Under the pieces are notes generated by a model, which saw only the letters and a list, made by a program, of their open reading frames with translations, was not told the origin of the DNA and did not search any database. A stretch of 61,067 nucleotides of DNA, the filler included, from Basidiobolus ranarum (taxonomy: Eukaryota): the NCBI GenBank assembly GCA_040143965.1. It is 9 parts of 9 records of this genome, joined end to end, with 100 filler letters (N's around TTAATTAATTAA, not from the genome) between each part and the next. Parts side by side here need not be neighbours in the genome. Positions count along the whole stretch, not along the records: positions 1 to 6,715 come from JASJQH010001261.1; positions 6,816 to 13,523 come from JASJQH010001262.1; 7 more parts are not named here. One strand, given 5' to 3'. The translations under genes were made by a program, and so were the position numbers. Below are positions 1 to 10,069 of this stretch, piece by piece (within the stretch, counting starts at the first letter, position 1; each line of letters begins with the position of its first letter).

Positions 1-195
1 ATACTCCATTGCTTGAGGTGCTACCTGATATTGTGGTTGTATAACGCAAGAGCCGCCATGTTGTCCACACGATCTATCCTTGTAAGTGGTGCTTGCAACT
101 GCATTTGCAAAACCTGGTAAATTATGGAGTGGTGCTGCCAATGTTCCTTGTACCAAGATGCATGAAGAGACCAAAAGAGTTAGGACGGTTTGCAT
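1..195 (-). CDS. Secreted precursor family, copy 1 (5' part only, cut by window/contig start)
   Basis: Manual translation from ATG at 195: MQTVLTLLVSSCILVQGTLAAPLHNLPGFANAVASTTYKDRSCGQHGGSCVIQPQYQVAPQAMEY, clearly paralogous to copies 2-5. Not in the ORF track. Confidence 0.9.
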   Translation of the reverse strand, partial: MQTVLTLLVSSCILVQGTLAAPLHNLPGFANAVASTTYKDRSCGQHGGSCVIQPQYQVAPQAMEY

Positions 196-825
196 GATTG
201 AGGAGTACAGAACACGAATGAAGCAGATACTGTATAGCCAGAAAGTATCTGCAGAACTGTATTTTATACACTTCTGACGAGTTATCATTTACCACACTCT
301 TTAATCTCGCAAACTATCTTTTATATTGTCCAGTGTTGTTTGCTATGTTTTGTTCATCAAAGTGTATAGAGTTGTAAATCAATTTATGCCATATATCAGT
401 ACCTATCTGGTAGTTTTGATACTTGTCCCACTATCTATACGTACTAGATATCAAACCTAAAGTCATTAGCTTGGTTCCTTTATGAATTGCAAGGTACAAT
501 CATGTCAGGTTATACACTGAACATTATTTATAAACATGCACGTAGATTGAGTCAGAGAATTTTTCATATTCCTATAATCACAATAATAGTGAAAAAAATT
601 GAACAGGAAACAAGAAATGCTCTTTAATGAGAACTTCATGATAAGAGAAGGAATCTTGTGGCTTTACCCTCGAATTGGACTGTAGATTCCTGATCTCGTT
701 CATTAAAAACTGAGCATAGCGCAAATTATATTTAGACTAGCATTTATTGAAATATGACAACAGTAACCATAGCCAATGCTATCATATTATAGCATCATGA
801 GGAATATGGAAGAGTTGATTAGAAT

Positions 826-1527
826 TTAGTGTCTATTGCCACTGAAATATCTGATTTTAAAGGAACGGTGAGCAAATTTCTTGTATTTCTTGTAGGCTCT
901 TTTGGGTCGGTGCATTGGCCACTGAGGAATGATGATCTGGGGTTGAGGTGGTTGAGCTGGTTGGTATATAGTCTGGTCAACCAACTGAGCTTGATCAAAT
1001 TGATTCGAATTAGACAGAGCTTGACTATTTTGGGATGTGCGACCTTTCACTTCGTCAAGTAGTGCTTGTTTGGGCTGAAGTTGGCTCAGATCAACATTCC
1101 ATGAAGGAGCGCCTCGGGTTTGGTCCTCAGATCGAGACTGTTCATCTTCAGCGGGTGCTTGTTCGATTTGGCCTTGATCAGGAGTAGATTCATCATCAGT
1201 TGGCTGCTCTGCACCTTGAGTATCTTCAGCTGGAGCTTGTTCCATTTGACCTTCATCTGGGGTGGACTCTTCGTCTGCTGGCTGCTCTTCACTCTGTTGG
1301 TACACTGGCATCATTTGTGGTTGAGCATAACTATACTCTCCCACTTGAGGGGTAGCCTGATATTGAGGTTGTATAGCGCAAGAGCCAACTCGTTCTCCAC
1401 AGGAACTATCGTTGTAAGTGGTGCGTGCAACTGCATTTGCAAAACCTGGTAAATTATGGAGTGGTGCTGCGATTGTTCCTTGAACCAAGATACATGAAGA
1501 GACCAAAAGAGTTAGAGCTGTATGCAT
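826..1527 (-). CDS. Secreted acidic-repeat protein with cationic C-terminal peptide, copy 2 (233 aa)
   Basis: Hydrophobic N-terminus ending QGTIA-AP, CX6C, two acidic 26-aa repeats, ends PKR-AYKKYKKFAHRSFKIRYFSGNRH; intronless; TATAAAA upstream. Confidence 0.92.
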   Translation of the reverse strand: MHTALTLLVSSCILVQGTIAAPLHNLPGFANAVARTTYNDSSCGERVGSCAIQPQYQATPQVGEYSYAQPQMMPVYQQSEEQPADEESTPDEGQMEQAPAEDTQGAEQPTDDESTPDQGQIEQAPAEDEQSRSEDQTRGAPSWNVDLSQLQPKQALLDEVKGRTSQNSQALSNSNQFDQAQLVDQTIYQPAQPPQPQIIIPQWPMHRPKRAYKKYKKFAHRSFKIRYFSGNRH

Positions 1528-2187
1528 GCTTACAGAGTTGTTGATGACAATGATACTGATATAATTAAGGAAAGAGTTGTACTTTTATACATATAGAACC
1601 AGGAGGAATCATGATATGCAGCACTTTAATCTCACTAACTCTCTGTTTTGTTAGATATCACGCAAGGCCATAATTTATATGGAATAAATCCGACGTGCTT
1701 AGCCAATTTTTTAGTCAGATATAGTACTTCTACTCGATTAGAGCATTAATAGTATTTTTGTGTTAAATCGAATTCGAATTATGGTTGATTTAGCAATACA
1801 GTGAGCTATACTAGTACTCACGACTTCTTTTACTAACCTTTAAGCTCTACTGCTAACAATATTACATATACACACCACTGTTTTTTCCAAAGACTGAAGC
1901 ACACATATGTTAAAAATGGCCATTCTACCTGAATATCTTCCTTCTCTATACTTTTAGCTTATTCACGAAAGTCTCACTTCTATTAACCATTATTATTATA
2001 TCTTATTTGGCGTATGGTTCATAATGGTCCTCCATGGATTTGAACTAAAGATATTTCGAATTCTTTATTGAAGTCTGAACATGTTACATACCATATTTAT
2101 AATGATTTTAATCGCCATAGTAGTGCATAATAGCTATTTTTATCTTGTTATACTAACAAAGAAAGTGTAGTTTACATATATCCGAGC

Positions 2188-2907
2188 TTAATGTCTATTC
2201 CCACTAAAATATCTGATCTTAAAAGAACGGTGTGCAAATTTCTTGTATTTCTTGTAGGCTCTTCTGGGTCGGTGCATTGGCCACTGGGGAATGATGATCT
2301 GGGGTTGAGGTGGCTGGGCAGGTTGGTATATAGTCTGGTCAACCAACTGGGCTTGGTCGAATTGGTTCGAATTGGACAATGCTTGACTACCTTGGGATGC
2401 GTGGCCTTTCACTTCGTCCAGTAATGCTTGTTTGGGCTGTAATTGGCTCATGTTCAAGTTCCATGAAGTGGGAGTTGCTGAACTGGACGGAATGTCTTGC
2501 GATTGATCCTCAGATTGAGACTGGTCGTCCTCAGCGGGTGCCTCTTCCATTTGACCTTGATCAGGAGTAGACTCATCGGTTGGCTGCTCTGCACCCTGAG
2601 TATCTTCAGCAGGAGCCTGTTCAACTTGGTCTTGATCAAAAGTGGATCCTTCGCCTTCTGGTTGTTCTTCACTCTGTTGGTATACTGGCATCACTTGTGG
2701 TTGGGCATAACTGTACTTCATTATTTCAGGGGTTGCCTGATATTGGGGCTGTATAACGCAAGAGCCAGCCTGTTCTCCACAAGATTTATCCTTATAAGTA
2801 GTTTGCGCAACCGCATTAGCAAAACTTGGTAGGTTATGGAGGGGAGCGGCCAATGTTCCTTGAGTCAATATAGAAGCAGAGATCAAAAAAGCTAGAGTAG
2901 TTTGCAT
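2188..2907 (-). CDS. Secreted precursor family, copy 3 (239 aa)
   Basis: Same architecture; ends PRR-AYKKYKKFAHRSFKIRYFSGNRH. Confidence 0.92.
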   Translation of the reverse strand: MQTTLAFLISASILTQGTLAAPLHNLPSFANAVAQTTYKDKSCGEQAGSCVIQPQYQATPEIMKYSYAQPQVMPVYQQSEEQPEGEGSTFDQDQVEQAPAEDTQGAEQPTDESTPDQGQMEEAPAEDDQSQSEDQSQDIPSSSATPTSWNLNMSQLQPKQALLDEVKGHASQGSQALSNSNQFDQAQLVDQTIYQPAQPPQPQIIIPQWPMHRPRRAYKKYKKFAHRSFKIRYFSGNRH

Positions 2908-3700
2908 GCTTGTAAAGGTGTCAATGCCAATGATCCAAGTGTAGAATGATTACCTATCCACGAGGAGAACCACCTTTTATACTACTATTACCTGAAAACA
3001 TCATATAGTACACATTTTTAATGCAACTAGCTCTTCCTCTAGAATGTAGTTTAGTTTCAATTGGATTTAAGTGATTAACGAATTTTCGCAATGAACTCTT
3101 CGTACATTCATTCCATTCTGACAGCAGCAATACGACAAAATACCATCACGTGACAATTTGTGTCAACAATTTTTCTAAAAGCTTTAGTATTAAATAACGT
3201 CTATTCTGTAGCACTTTATAGATTACTCTGTCATATGGTTTATACGATTGTTGTTTTGATTTTTAAAGCTAGCTTGTGCCATTTATGAGAGTGGTTGTAT
3301 ATCAGTAATAATTGACCGCTCAAGCGCGAGGTGTTGGCATTGGAATAGAAGGACTGTATTCTCATAGCTTCGGAATATATGAGTATATATTTGTCTTCAT
3401 AATATTCCGCGGATCTCACTGATAGTGTCGACGGTAGCATAGATTCTCCTCGATCGTGCTCAATACTGAACATACTGGTTAAATATTTCACATCTACTAA
3501 ACTTCTGCCGTTACTATGGATATTAAAGTAAAATCTGTGAATTACATGCGAGTTGAACAGTGTTCTTGGTAATGGGTTCCCGATGAAGTGCAAGATTAAT
3601 CACATTCAATCTGTTTATACTTGGACGAACATTTATTCATGTAAGAGACTGTAGTTGCTGTTATGTATCAATAAGAGAGACACTAATCAATGAAGAGAAC

Positions 3701-4363
3701 TTAGTGTCTGTTTCCACTGAAGTATCTGATTTTGAAAGAACGATGGGCAAATTTCTTGTACTTCTTATAAGCTCTTCTGGGACGGTGCATTGGCCACTGG
3801 GGAATGATGATCTGGGGTTGAGGTGGCTGAGCTGGTTGGTATATAGTCTGGTCAACTAACTGGGTTTGATCGAATTTATTCGAGTCCGACAGAGCTTGAC
3901 TACCTTGGGATGCGTGGCCTTTTACTTCGTCTAGTAGCGCTTGCTGGGGCTGTAGTTGATTCAGGTCAACATTCCATGAAGGAGTAGTAGGAGTCTGTGC
4001 CATTTGACCTTGGTCAGGAGTGGATTCATCTTCTGTTGGCTGTTCTGTACTCTGCGAATCTTCGGCAGGAGCTTGTTCCATTTGGCCTTGATCAGGAGTG
4101 GACTCCTCATCTGCTGGCTGTTCTTCAGTCTGCTGATACACTGGCATTGCTTGTGGTTGTACGTAACTATACTTTCTCGCTTGACGAGTTGCCGGATATT
4201 GGAGTTGTGCATCGCATGACCCCGTCTGTTGTCTACAGGATCTGTCTTTGTAAGTGGTTTGTGCTACTGCATTTGCAAACCCTGGTAGGTTATGGACTGG
4301 AACGGCCAATGCTCCTTGAATCACGACGCAAGATGATATCAAAGTGAGTAGAATAGTTTGCAT
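3701..4363 (-). CDS. Secreted precursor family, copy 4 (220 aa)
   Basis: Same architecture, about 1.6 acidic repeats; identical C-terminal peptide. Confidence 0.92.
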   Translation of the reverse strand: MQTILLTLISSCVVIQGALAVPVHNLPGFANAVAQTTYKDRSCRQQTGSCDAQLQYPATRQARKYSYVQPQAMPVYQQTEEQPADEESTPDQGQMEQAPAEDSQSTEQPTEDESTPDQGQMAQTPTTPSWNVDLNQLQPQQALLDEVKGHASQGSQALSDSNKFDQTQLVDQTIYQPAQPPQPQIIIPQWPMHRPRRAYKKYKKFAHRSFKIRYFSGNRH

Positions 4364-4430
4364 GCTTACTGAATGATTAATGCTGATAAACTAAGAACAG
4401 AATGAATATCGACTAACGGGAACTAAGCAC

Positions 4431-4437
4431 TTTTATA
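4431..4437 (-). promoter_or_regulatory. Conserved TATA box of precursor genes (also 262-268, 1583-1589, 2975-2981, 5831-5837)
   Basis: TATAAAA on the minus strand 56-68 nt upstream of the ATG in all five copies, although the surrounding spacers are diverged. Confidence 0.75.
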
Positions 4438-4962
4438 CAAGTAATACCATACCTACAAGTGCTATCTGAAGTGCTTATATAATCTATCAAACAATCTTTT
4501 GCTAATAGGTACATAATAAGCTAACAAGTAGACTACTAAATTAGAAAATATTTACCTAACGGCCCAAGGTATATATTAGTTAATTAATGGGTATCAATTG
4601 GTCCGTCGAGACAATAAAAACTATGTCTAACTTTCTTACCAGCGTATGTTTGCAGCTTTTAGAATTGTTGCCCAACCAAATCATCAGTTTATTTTCATTG
4701 AATACATATCCATATGAAAGAGTGCTCTATCTACCTGTACGGGTATAACTACTGTGGCTAGTAGTAATTCGTACTCTTTATGTGGCAAATATTATACTCC
4801 AAAGGGTTGTACTATGTACTTTGAAAGTAGCAATAATAACGAAACACCGATACTTTAACATGAGTTGTTAGTGTTAATATTCAGAACACTTTATAGAAGG
4901 TTCAGGTTTTATATTCATAATTGCAAGGAGTTATGTAAATAGTCGGTGAAAAAGATGGAGGT

Positions 4963-5763
4963 TTAGTGTCTGTTGCCGCTAAAATATCTTATCTTGAAAG
5001 AACGGTGAGCAAGTTTCTTGTATTTCTTGTAAGCTCTTCTGGGTCGGTGCATTGGCCACTGAGGAATGATGATCTGGGGTTGAGGTGGCTGAGCTGGTTG
5101 GTACACTGTCTGGTCAACTAACTGGGTTTGATCGAATTGGTTTGAATCTGACAGAGCTTGACTACCTTGGGATGCGTGGCCTTTCACCTCGTCAAGTAGC
5201 GCTTGTTTGGGCTGGAGTTGATTCAGATCGACATTCCATGAAGCAGGAGTAGAGGTATAGGAAGGTCCTCCTTGAGTTTGATCCTCAGACTGAGCTTGTT
5301 CATCTTCAGCGGAAGCCTGTTCCATTTGACCTTGATCGGGAGCGGACTCATCATCCATTGGCTGCACTGCGCCTTGAGTATCTTCAGCTGGAGCCTGTTC
5401 CATTTGACCTTGACCAGGAGTGGTATCAACTTCGGTTGGTTGTTCTGTACTTTGATCATTTTCAGCTGGAGCCTGTTCCATTTGGCCCTGGTCAGGAGTG
5501 GACTCCTCGTCTGCTGGCTGTTCTTCAGTCTGCTGATACACTGGCATTGCTTGTGGTTGGACATAACTATACTTTCTCGCTTGACGAATAGCCTGATATT
5601 GGGGTTGTACATCGCAAGGCTCAGTCTGTTGCCCACAAGATCTGTCTTTGTAAGTGGTTTGTGCCACTGCTTTTGCAAACCCTGGTAGGTTATGGACTGG
5701 AACGGCCAATGCTCCTTGAATCACGACGCAAGATGATATCAAAGTGAGTAGAATAGTTTGCAT
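4963..5763 (-). CDS. Secreted precursor family, copy 5 (266 aa)
   Basis: Same architecture, three acidic repeats; tail AYKKYKKLAHRSFKIRYFSGNRH (one F>L change). Confidence 0.92.
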   Translation of the reverse strand: MQTILLTLISSCVVIQGALAVPVHNLPGFAKAVAQTTYKDRSCGQQTEPCDVQPQYQAIRQARKYSYVQPQAMPVYQQTEEQPADEESTPDQGQMEQAPAENDQSTEQPTEVDTTPGQGQMEQAPAEDTQGAVQPMDDESAPDQGQMEQASAEDEQAQSEDQTQGGPSYTSTPASWNVDLNQLQPKQALLDEVKGHASQGSQALSDSNQFDQTQLVDQTVYQPAQPPQPQIIIPQWPMHRPRRAYKKYKKLAHRSFKIRYFSGNRH

Positions 5764-6320
5764 GCTTACTGAATGGTTAATGCTGATAAACTAAGAACAG
5801 AATGAGTATCGGCTAAGGGGAACTAAGCACTTTTATACAAGTAAAAGCAACTCAATAAGTGCTATTCGATGGGCTTTCATAATCTATCAATCGTTCTTTA
5901 TCTAATATGTACATAATAAGCTATGAAGGAGTGTACTAAATTGGGATGTATATACTTAGCGCCACTCAGCCACGGTAGTTTAAACACTATGGCTGACTTG
6001 TTTGCCAACGGATGTCAGTAGGTTTTAGAATAGTTGCCTGACCCAATCATCAATTTCTTTTCACTGTAAATATGTAAACATTGGAAAAGTGCTCTTTACG
6101 GGTCTAACAAATATAACTAGTAACTTGTACTCTTTATGTGGCTAATATTATTTTCCGACGAATTATACTGTATACATATTTGAAAATAGCAACAGCAATG
6201 AAGCAATTTAACTACCATCTATTCGTTGGTTTGACGCTATTGATACTTGAACATGGCATGTTAGTGTTAATATTCTGAATACTTTTATTGAGGATTCAGG
6301 TTTTATATTCGTACTTACAA

Positions 6321-6432
6321 GAGGTTATGGTGGCTGAGCTGGCTGGTACACCGTTTGGTCAACCAACTGGGTCTGATCGAATTGGACAGTACTTGACTAC
6401 GTTGGGATGCGTGGCCTTTCACTTCATCAAGT
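6321..6432 (-). pseudogene. Internal fragment of a sixth precursor copy
   Basis: Encodes LDEVKGHASQRSQVLSN then frameshifts; DNA matches the DQ.QLVDQTVYQPAQPP region; lacks the N-terminus and the cationic tail. Confidence 0.85.
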
Positions 6433-6445
6433 TGTGGTATATCCG

Positions 6446-6715
6446 TTATAATTGACTGCTCAAGCGCAATGTGCGGGTATTGTAATAGAAGGTATGCATT
6501 CTCATAGCTGTAAAATGTATATGAGTATATATTTGTCTTCATAATATTCCGCGGATCTCACTGATAGTGTCGACGGTAGCATAGATTCTCCTCGATCGTG
6601 CTCAAATACTGAACATACTGGTTAAATATTTCACATCTACTAAACTTCTGCCGTTACTATGGATATTAAAGTAAAATCTGAGAATTATATGCGAGTTGAA
6701 CAGTGTTCTTGGTAA
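6446..6715. repeat. Duplicate of inter-copy spacer 3305-3572
   Basis: Near-identical sequence (gagtatatatttgtcttcataatattccgcggatctcactgatagtgtcgacgg...gttcttggtaa). Confidence 0.9.
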
Positions 6716-6815
6716 NNNNNNNNNNNNNNNNNNNNNNNNNNNNNNNNNNNNNNNNNNNNTTAATTAATTAANNNNNNNNNNNNNNNNNNNNNNNNNNNNN
6801 NNNNNNNNNNNNNNN
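6716..6815. other. Synthetic contig spacer (also 13524-13623, 20330-20429, 27132-27231, 33928-34027, 40722-40821, 47511-47610, 54291-54390)
   Basis: Identical 44N-TTAATTAATTAA-44N, with stops in all six frames; contig lengths fall monotonically 6715, 6708, 6706, 6702, 6696, 6694, 6689, 6680, 6677. Confidence 0.98.
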
Positions 6816-6849
6816 TATATTTGGCATCCATTATTTAATTTTCAACAAG

Positions 6850-7250
6850 TATTGGAAAAATTCAATTTCCAAATTGCTGAATGCAGGTTTATTGTCACAG
6901 GAATTTGAATGAATATATTCCTTTATTTAGATAGATTGCCTGTAAATTCATGCTATGATGAAAATAAAAAAATATAGGAATCTTATAGTCTTCAGTTGCT
7001 ATATTTGCACATACTTGACTGATCAGACACAAATTAACAACCTAAATATACTTTACAACCAAACTAACAGTTGAAAAGCTGCCAAACATCAGAAGTCTAT
7101 GGTAGCATTGAATCTTGGCAAGTAGCTGAGTATTATTACCATTCCCAATTTGAATAAGCTCTTGGCTTTTGGCAAATTTGCATAAAGAATTCAGCCTAAA
7201 TATCTACAACTTGCAGTCATCATATGTCCCATCACTAGTAGATGTGTCAA
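6850..7250. repeat. Dispersed repeat family Y (inverted homologue of about 47650-48030)
   Basis: Reverse-complement similarity, e.g. ttggcaaatttgcataaagaattcag vs ctgaattctttatgcaaatttgccaa. Confidence 0.7.
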
Positions 7251-8629
7251 TGCTTGAATAGATTACCTTTGGTTAAACTATAAAACTGCACATCTTGTTA
7301 TATTCACCACAAAGTCTGTCTTGCAGCTTTCCAAAAAATAACAGCAAATTATCACAAATACATCATAGTCAAAATATAGTAGATCTCAATCTGTGTCTAT
7401 CAATAGGGTTTTGTTGCTTTCATTATGCCTAAACAATGCAACATACATTAGCACATTGAAAAGCACCTAGTATTGGAAGAATACTATAGTCTGGAGTTTC
7501 CTGAACCTATTATATTACCTCCATTAAGGATTTTGCTGATACATTGTTAATCAGATTAAAATATGGTAATATTGACATTTCATATGCAGAAACATCTCAT
7601 TACAGGTATACTCCATCAGGAACTTGCAAATGTATGACCTAGGCCTGTAATTTTTAAGTGTAAGATTTGGCAGGTCATGTATCAAACACTGGAATAGATT
7701 CAGTATATTGTTTTCAAGCCTGAAATAAAATTTTTCTTCTCCAACTACAAAATCTTTGGCCAGTTTCTGTTTCTGCCTGAGACTGGCCAATATGAGTTGG
7801 CTCCATCAGAGTATGTTAAGAATTTTCATAAACAGCTCCCAATGGGGCAAAGATATATTGAAAGAAATCTTTCAAGATTTGACTTGAATATATAAATTGC
7901 CATACTTCCAGTGTTTGTATAAGAATAAACACCTAGAACAGTGGATTTTGATGTGTGTACTGTTATGATGTGAAGCTATGTTGACAATTTCAAGCATTTT
8001 CTAAATCAATTCAAACTTTCATCCTATCTTTTGTTGCCATTTCAGATTGATTTTTCCACTACACTGCTGCATAATTGGATTTTTAATGATGTTGAATAGT
8101 AATTGCAGTGTGGCTAATACAAAGCTCTGGCTCCAGCTGATCCTCTTTAGAAATATAATCTTGGGATTATATTATAGTTAATCCCAAGTTAAGTGTTAGG
8201 CTGACTATCCGGAGAATTGATATCAATGAGCATGTTAATATTTAACTGGGCTTGTTATGGTAAAATCATGAAGTTTAATGCTGTACATGGATGGTAGTAA
8301 TATATATGCCTGGTAGATATATCTCCATTAATCAAACAGAATCTATATCCAGATTGTGTATTTTGCTTTCAAACACTACTTAGCTTACTGATGGCTGGGG
8401 CATGAGCAATACATACAAATAATGTTAGGTTTCAAGAAAATATTCACCCATCTGAACCCATTCAATAACTGCTCAGATTCCATAATTAGAGATTGCAAGA
8501 AGTTCTCTATAAGCACTGGTGACTCAGATACTGATATGATGGATAGTATCATAATAGTATGATTGTTATACCATTCAGAAAGAGGAAGATTCAAGTTAAT
8601 TAGAATTATTGGCCAGCAAGCTTATTAAA

Positions 8630-9190
8630 TTTTTAGATTTTTACATAGCTAAGAATTCTGGGGATTGCAAAAGCTAATAATGTATCACCAAAATTGAACT
8701 GAAGTTAATATAGGGTGAGACAACTGTATTTATACTTAAACTGAAGTTAATATAGGGTGAGACAACTGTATTTATACTTAAACTGATAGAACTGATGAAA
8801 AATGACTCATCAACTGATTACTTATCTAAATACTGCATTGGAGGGTAGCTGCATCAAACTGTGATGGCACAGCAATCAGCTGATGCTTGTTGGGGTGGAA
8901 CAGTCTTAATGATCATGTAATCTGACAGAAGCAAGTTGAGATGATCATGTGATCTTCCATGGAATACAATCATAAAACTATCCCATGACCTACTATGACT
9001 ATCTACAGGAATTTTACAAGATTGCTGAATAATACTGATTGATAACCAAATAACTGTAACTGATGGTACAGATATTACTGATTTGCAATAAGACAGATAT
9101 ACTGATTGTACTGGTATACTACTAATGCTGAATGCTGCATAACCTGGATACATATACTGTCACAATTAGTGTTGCATATTACAACAATGA
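8630..9190 (-). mobile_element. LTR-like repeat homologous to 31125-31678
   Basis: Shared motifs in inverted orientation (tattccatgg...tcacatgatcat, gagtcatt..tcatc); adjacent 8520-8545 also resembles about 31785-31810. Confidence 0.65.
8697..8786. repeat. Perfect 42-bp tandem duplication
   Basis: gaagttaatatagggtgagacaactgtatttatacttaaact at 8701 and 8743. Confidence 0.95.
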
Positions 9191-10069
9191 TTTTGTTTAG
9201 TGAGAAACAATGCAGAGTTTATGGATGTACATGATTGTATATGTTATTAAAGAAACCTTGACTTTTCAGATTCTAGTACTGATATCTGTCAAGCATATTG
9301 ATGAGCACTATGGCCAGAAGCTAGCATCAATATTTGGGTGACATCATCAATAGTATAAGGTGCAAAAGCCAAACTACTATTTGAGCATGCTAGTAGTTTG
9401 ATTGCTGAAGGATTATAAGTGATACAATTGACAAAGTATACATATTATCTAAATTCTTATAGTAGTAAACCCAGTAATTTGTCATTCAAAATTTAGTTTT
9501 CTGCAAAAATTGTCAGAAATTACATAATGCATGCCAACTATGAGGATAAATATCTTACCATGTAGGCTCACCAGCTTAATACCATTAAAAAGCTGCCATC
9601 TCACTATCAAAATTCCTGGCAGAATGCAAGCCTTCAATACTATGATGGTCATCCAACAGTTTTGCTATCCAGAAAAGTGGATGCAATCCAGATCAAGTTG
9701 ATTTTATTTCTGTTTGCGGATTGACAAGTGTTTGCCACTTTACCAGCATGCTGATTAGCAACAGTTGCCAATCAACGGTGATAAAGTATAACAAAGCTAA
9801 TATACACCTGGCTGACAAGATTGGATTGAACTCTCAGCTCCTGAATAATCAAAGCTCCTTCCTCTACTCTAAGTGTTATGGGTGCACTACTGCTTTCTAA
9901 TAACAAAGAGTTTTCCAGACTTACTTGTTTAACTAAACTTGCACTTCTACCTACATCATTCTGCTCATATAACTTGGATAACTCCATAGTATCTTGAATT
10001 TCAGCAGGGTTACCAAAATTTTGAGGAAAAGCACAGCTAGTGGACTCAGTGGACAAAACTTGGTCAAAG

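Noticed and set aside
1120-1300. Classic KEP/dikaritin RiPP precursor interpretation of the internal repeats
   Set aside because: Repeats are not flanked by KR/RR sites, and no DUF3328 or other tailoring gene is on the contig.
3240-3593. 117-aa ORF in the spacer between copies 3 and 4
   Set aside because: Non-ATG start and no motifs; its duplicate at 6446-6715 has a frameshifting 1-bp insertion (ctcaaatact vs ctcaatact).
829-5688. Recurrent hydrophobic plus-strand ORFs and alternative-frame ORFs over each precursor gene
   Set aside because: Antisense or frame shadows of Q/E/D-rich repetitive coding sequence; starts and lengths are inconsistent between copies.
6716-6815. Regularly spaced TTAATTAATTAA palindrome within N runs
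   Set aside because: Synthetic six-frame-stop linker between size-sorted contigs. No gene neighbourhood (e.g. P450 or kinase with the precursor array) can be inferred across it.
8697-8786. Direct repeat as a possible CRISPR
   Set aside because: Two adjacent units with no spacer, in a eukaryotic LTR.
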